Assembly: GCA_964016885.1 (NCBI GenBank)
Contig: OZ024746.1
Location: 101,680,001 to 101,744,000, forward strand
Direction of reading: 5' to 3'
DNA length: 64,000 nucleotides
DNA from: Eledone cirrhosa
Taxonomy: Eukaryota
Shown here: piece after piece, positions 60,953-64,000 of the stretch
Layout of the letters: each line of letters opens with the position of its first letter
How positions within the stretch are numbered: position 1 is the first letter of the stretch
Translations under genes and position numbers: made by a program
Notes under the pieces: generated by a model
The model's input: the letters and a program-made list of their open reading frames with translations, nothing else
What the model was told of the DNA's origin: nothing
Databases searched by the model: none

Positions 60953-63900
60953 ACAGACATTCCTTCCATCAGTTAGACGTGAGTTATAAGTCGACAGAGT
61001 CACAGACATTCCTTCCATCAGTTAGACGTGAGTTATAAGTCGACAGAGTCACAGACATTCCTTCCATCAGTTAGACGTGAGTTATAAGTCGACAGAGTCA
61101 CAGACATTCCTGCCATCAGTTAGACGTGAGTTACAAGTCGTCAGAGTCACAGACATTCCTTCCATCAGTTAGACGTGAGTTATAAGTCGACAGAGTCACA
61201 GACATTCCTTCCATCAGTTAGACGTGAGTTACAAGTCGTCAGAGTCACAGACATTCCTTCCATCAGTTAGACGTGAGTTACAAGTCGTCAGAGTCACAGA
61301 CATTCCTTCCATCAGTTAGACGTGAGTTATAAGTCGACAGAGTCACAGACATTCCTTCCATCAGTTAGACGTGAGTTACAAGTCGTCAGAGTCACAGACA
61401 TTCCTTCCATCAGTTAGACGTGAGTTATAAGTCGACAGAGTCACAGACATTCCTTCCATCAGTTAGACGTGAGTTACAAGTCGTCAGAGTCACAGACATT
61501 CCTTCCATCAGTTAGACGTGAGTTATAAGTCGTCAGAGTCACAGACATTCCTTCCATCAGTTAGACGTGAGTTACAAGTCGTCAGAGTCACAGACATTCC
61601 TTCCATCAGTTAGACGTGAGTTATAAGTCGACAGAGTCACAGACATTCCTTCCATCAGTTAGACGTGAGTTACAAGTCGTCAGAGTCACAGACATTCCTT
61701 CCATCAGTTAGACGTGAGTTATAAGTCGACAGAGTCACAGACATTCCTTCCATCAGTTAGACGTGAGTTACAAGTCGTCAGAGTCACAGACATTCCTTCC
61801 ATCAGTTAGACGTGAGTTATAAGTCGACAGAGTCACAGACATTCCTTCCATCAGTTAGACGTGAGTTACAAGTCGTCAGAGTCACAGACATTCCTTCCAT
61901 CAGTTAGACGTGAGTTACAAGTCGTCAGAGTCACAGACATTCCTTCCATCAGTTAGACGTGAGTTATAAGTCGACAGAGTCACAGACATTCCTTCCATCA
62001 GTTAGACGTGAGTTACAAGTCGTCAGAGTCACAGACATTCCTTCCATCAGTTAGACGTGAGTTATAAGTCGACAGAGTCACAGACATTCCTTCCATCAGT
62101 TAGACGTGAGTTACAAGTCGTCAGAGTCACAGACATTCCTTCCATCAGTTAGACGTGAGTTACAAGTCGTCAGAGTCACAGACATTCCTTCCATCAGTTA
62201 GACGTGAGTTATAAGTCGTCAGAGTCACAGACATTCCTTCCATCAGTTAGACGTGAGTTATAAGTCGACAGAGTCACAGACATTCCTTCCATCAGTTAGA
62301 CGTGAGTTACAAGTCGTCAGAGTCACAGACATTCCTTCCATCAGTTAGACGTGAGTTATAAGTCGACAGAGTCACAGACATTCCTTCCATCAGTTAGACG
62401 TGAGTTATAAGTCGTCAGAGTCACAGACATACCTTCCATCAGTTAGATGTGAGTTATAAGTCGACAGAGTCACAGACATTCCTTCCATCAGTTAGACGTG
62501 AGTTACAAGTCGTCAGAGTCACAGACATTCCTTCCATCAGTTAGACGTGAGTTATAAGTCGACAGAGTCACAGACATTCCTTCCATCAGTTAGACGTGAG
62601 TTACAAGTCGTCAGAGTCACAGACATTCCTTCCATCAGTTAGACGTGAGTTACAAGTCGTCAGAGTCACAGACATTCCTTCCATCAGTTAGACGTGAGTT
62701 ATAAGTCGACAGAGTCACAGACATTCCTTCCATCAGTTAGACGTGAGTTACAAGTCGTCAGAGTCACAGACATTCCTTCCATCAGTTAGACGTGAGTTAT
62801 AAGTCGACAGAGTCACAGACATTCCTTCCATCAGTTAGACGTGAGTTACAAGTCGTCAGAGTCACAGACATTCCTTCCATCAGTTAGACGTGAGTTATAA
62901 GTCGTCAGAGTCACAGACATTCCTTCCATCAGTTAGACGTGAGTTACAAGTCGTCAGAGTCACAGACATTCCTTCCATCAGTTAGACGTGAGTTATAAGT
63001 CGACAGAGTCACAGACATTCCTTCCATCAGTTAGACGTGAGTTACAAGTCGTCAGAGTCACAGACATTCCTTCCATCAGTTAGACGTGAGTTATAAGTCG
63101 ACAGAGTCACAGACATTCCTTCCATCAGTTAGACGTGAGTTACAAGTCGTCAGAGTCACAGACATTCCTTCCATCAGTTAGACGTGAGTTATAAGTCGAC
63201 AGAGTCACAGACATTCCTTCCATCAGTTAGACGTGAGTTATAAGTCGTCAGAGTCACAGACATTCCTTCCATCAGTTAGACGTGAGTTACAAGTCGACAG
63301 AGTCACAGACATTCCTTCCATCAGTTAGACGTGAGTTATAAGTCGGCAGAGTCACAGATATTCCTTCCATAAGTTAGATCTGAGTTACAAGTCGTCAGAG
63401 TCACAGACATTCCTTCCATAAGTTAGATCTGAGTTACAAGTCGTCAGAGTCACAGACATTCCTTCCATCAGTTAGATGTGAGTTATAAGTCGACAGAGTC
63501 ACAGACATTCCTTCCATCAGTTAGACGTGAGTTATAAGTCGTCAGAGTCACAGACATTCCTTCCATCAGTTAGATGTGAGTTATAAGTTGACAGAGTCAC
63601 AGACATTCCTTCCATCAGTTAGACGTGAGTTATAAGTCGTCAGAGTCACAGACATTCCTTCCATCAGTTAGATGTGAGTTATAAGTCGACAGAGTCACAG
63701 ACATTCCTTCCATCAGTTAGACGTGAGTTATAAGTCGTCAGAGTCACAGACATTCCTTCCATCAGTTAGATGTGAGTTATAAGTCGACAGTCACAGACAT
63801 TCCTTCCATCAGTTAGATGTGAGTTATAAGTCGACAGAGTCACAGATATTCCTTCCATCAGTTAGATGTGAGTTACAAGTCGTCAGAGTCACAGACATTC

Positions 63901-64000
63901 CTTCCATCAGTTAGATGTAAGTTATAAGTCGACAGAGTCACAGACATTCCTTCCATCAGTTAGATGTGAGTTATAAGTCGACAGTCACAGACATTCCTTC
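60953..64000. repeat. 49-bp minisatellite, more than 62 copies, running off the window
   Basis: Unit acagacattccttccatcagttagacgtgagtta(t/c)aagtcg(a/t)cagagtc; period 49 bp (60961, 61010). Confidence 0.98.

Overview
Eukaryotic, AT-rich, microsatellite-laden DNA made almost entirely of nested transposable-element remnants. The repeat content (RTE LINEs with (ATG)n tails, a tRNA-derived SINE, abundant (TA)n) suggests a cephalopod/octopus genome; this is an inference. No intact host gene is evident. The window holds many RTE, CR1, Tx1/L1 and CRE-like LINE fragments, Penelope-like elements (one Poseidon-type RT and one probable Naiad-type RT plus GIY-YIG), a full-length degenerate Hsmar2-like mariner, a deleted Ty3/Gypsy element, a solo LTR, Helitron-type non-autonomous elements and SINEs. 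It also holds four long minisatellite arrays (73, 38, 23 and 49 bp units). The two most notable signals are: (1) about ten type I hammerhead-ribozyme motifs from several families, some with intact cores and covarying or swapped helices; (2) minisatellites that demonstrably arose in place from dead retroelement coding sequence (a Gypsy protease flap and a CRE endonuclease C-terminus). Element boundaries were read by eye and are approximate unless a TIR or TSD is cited.
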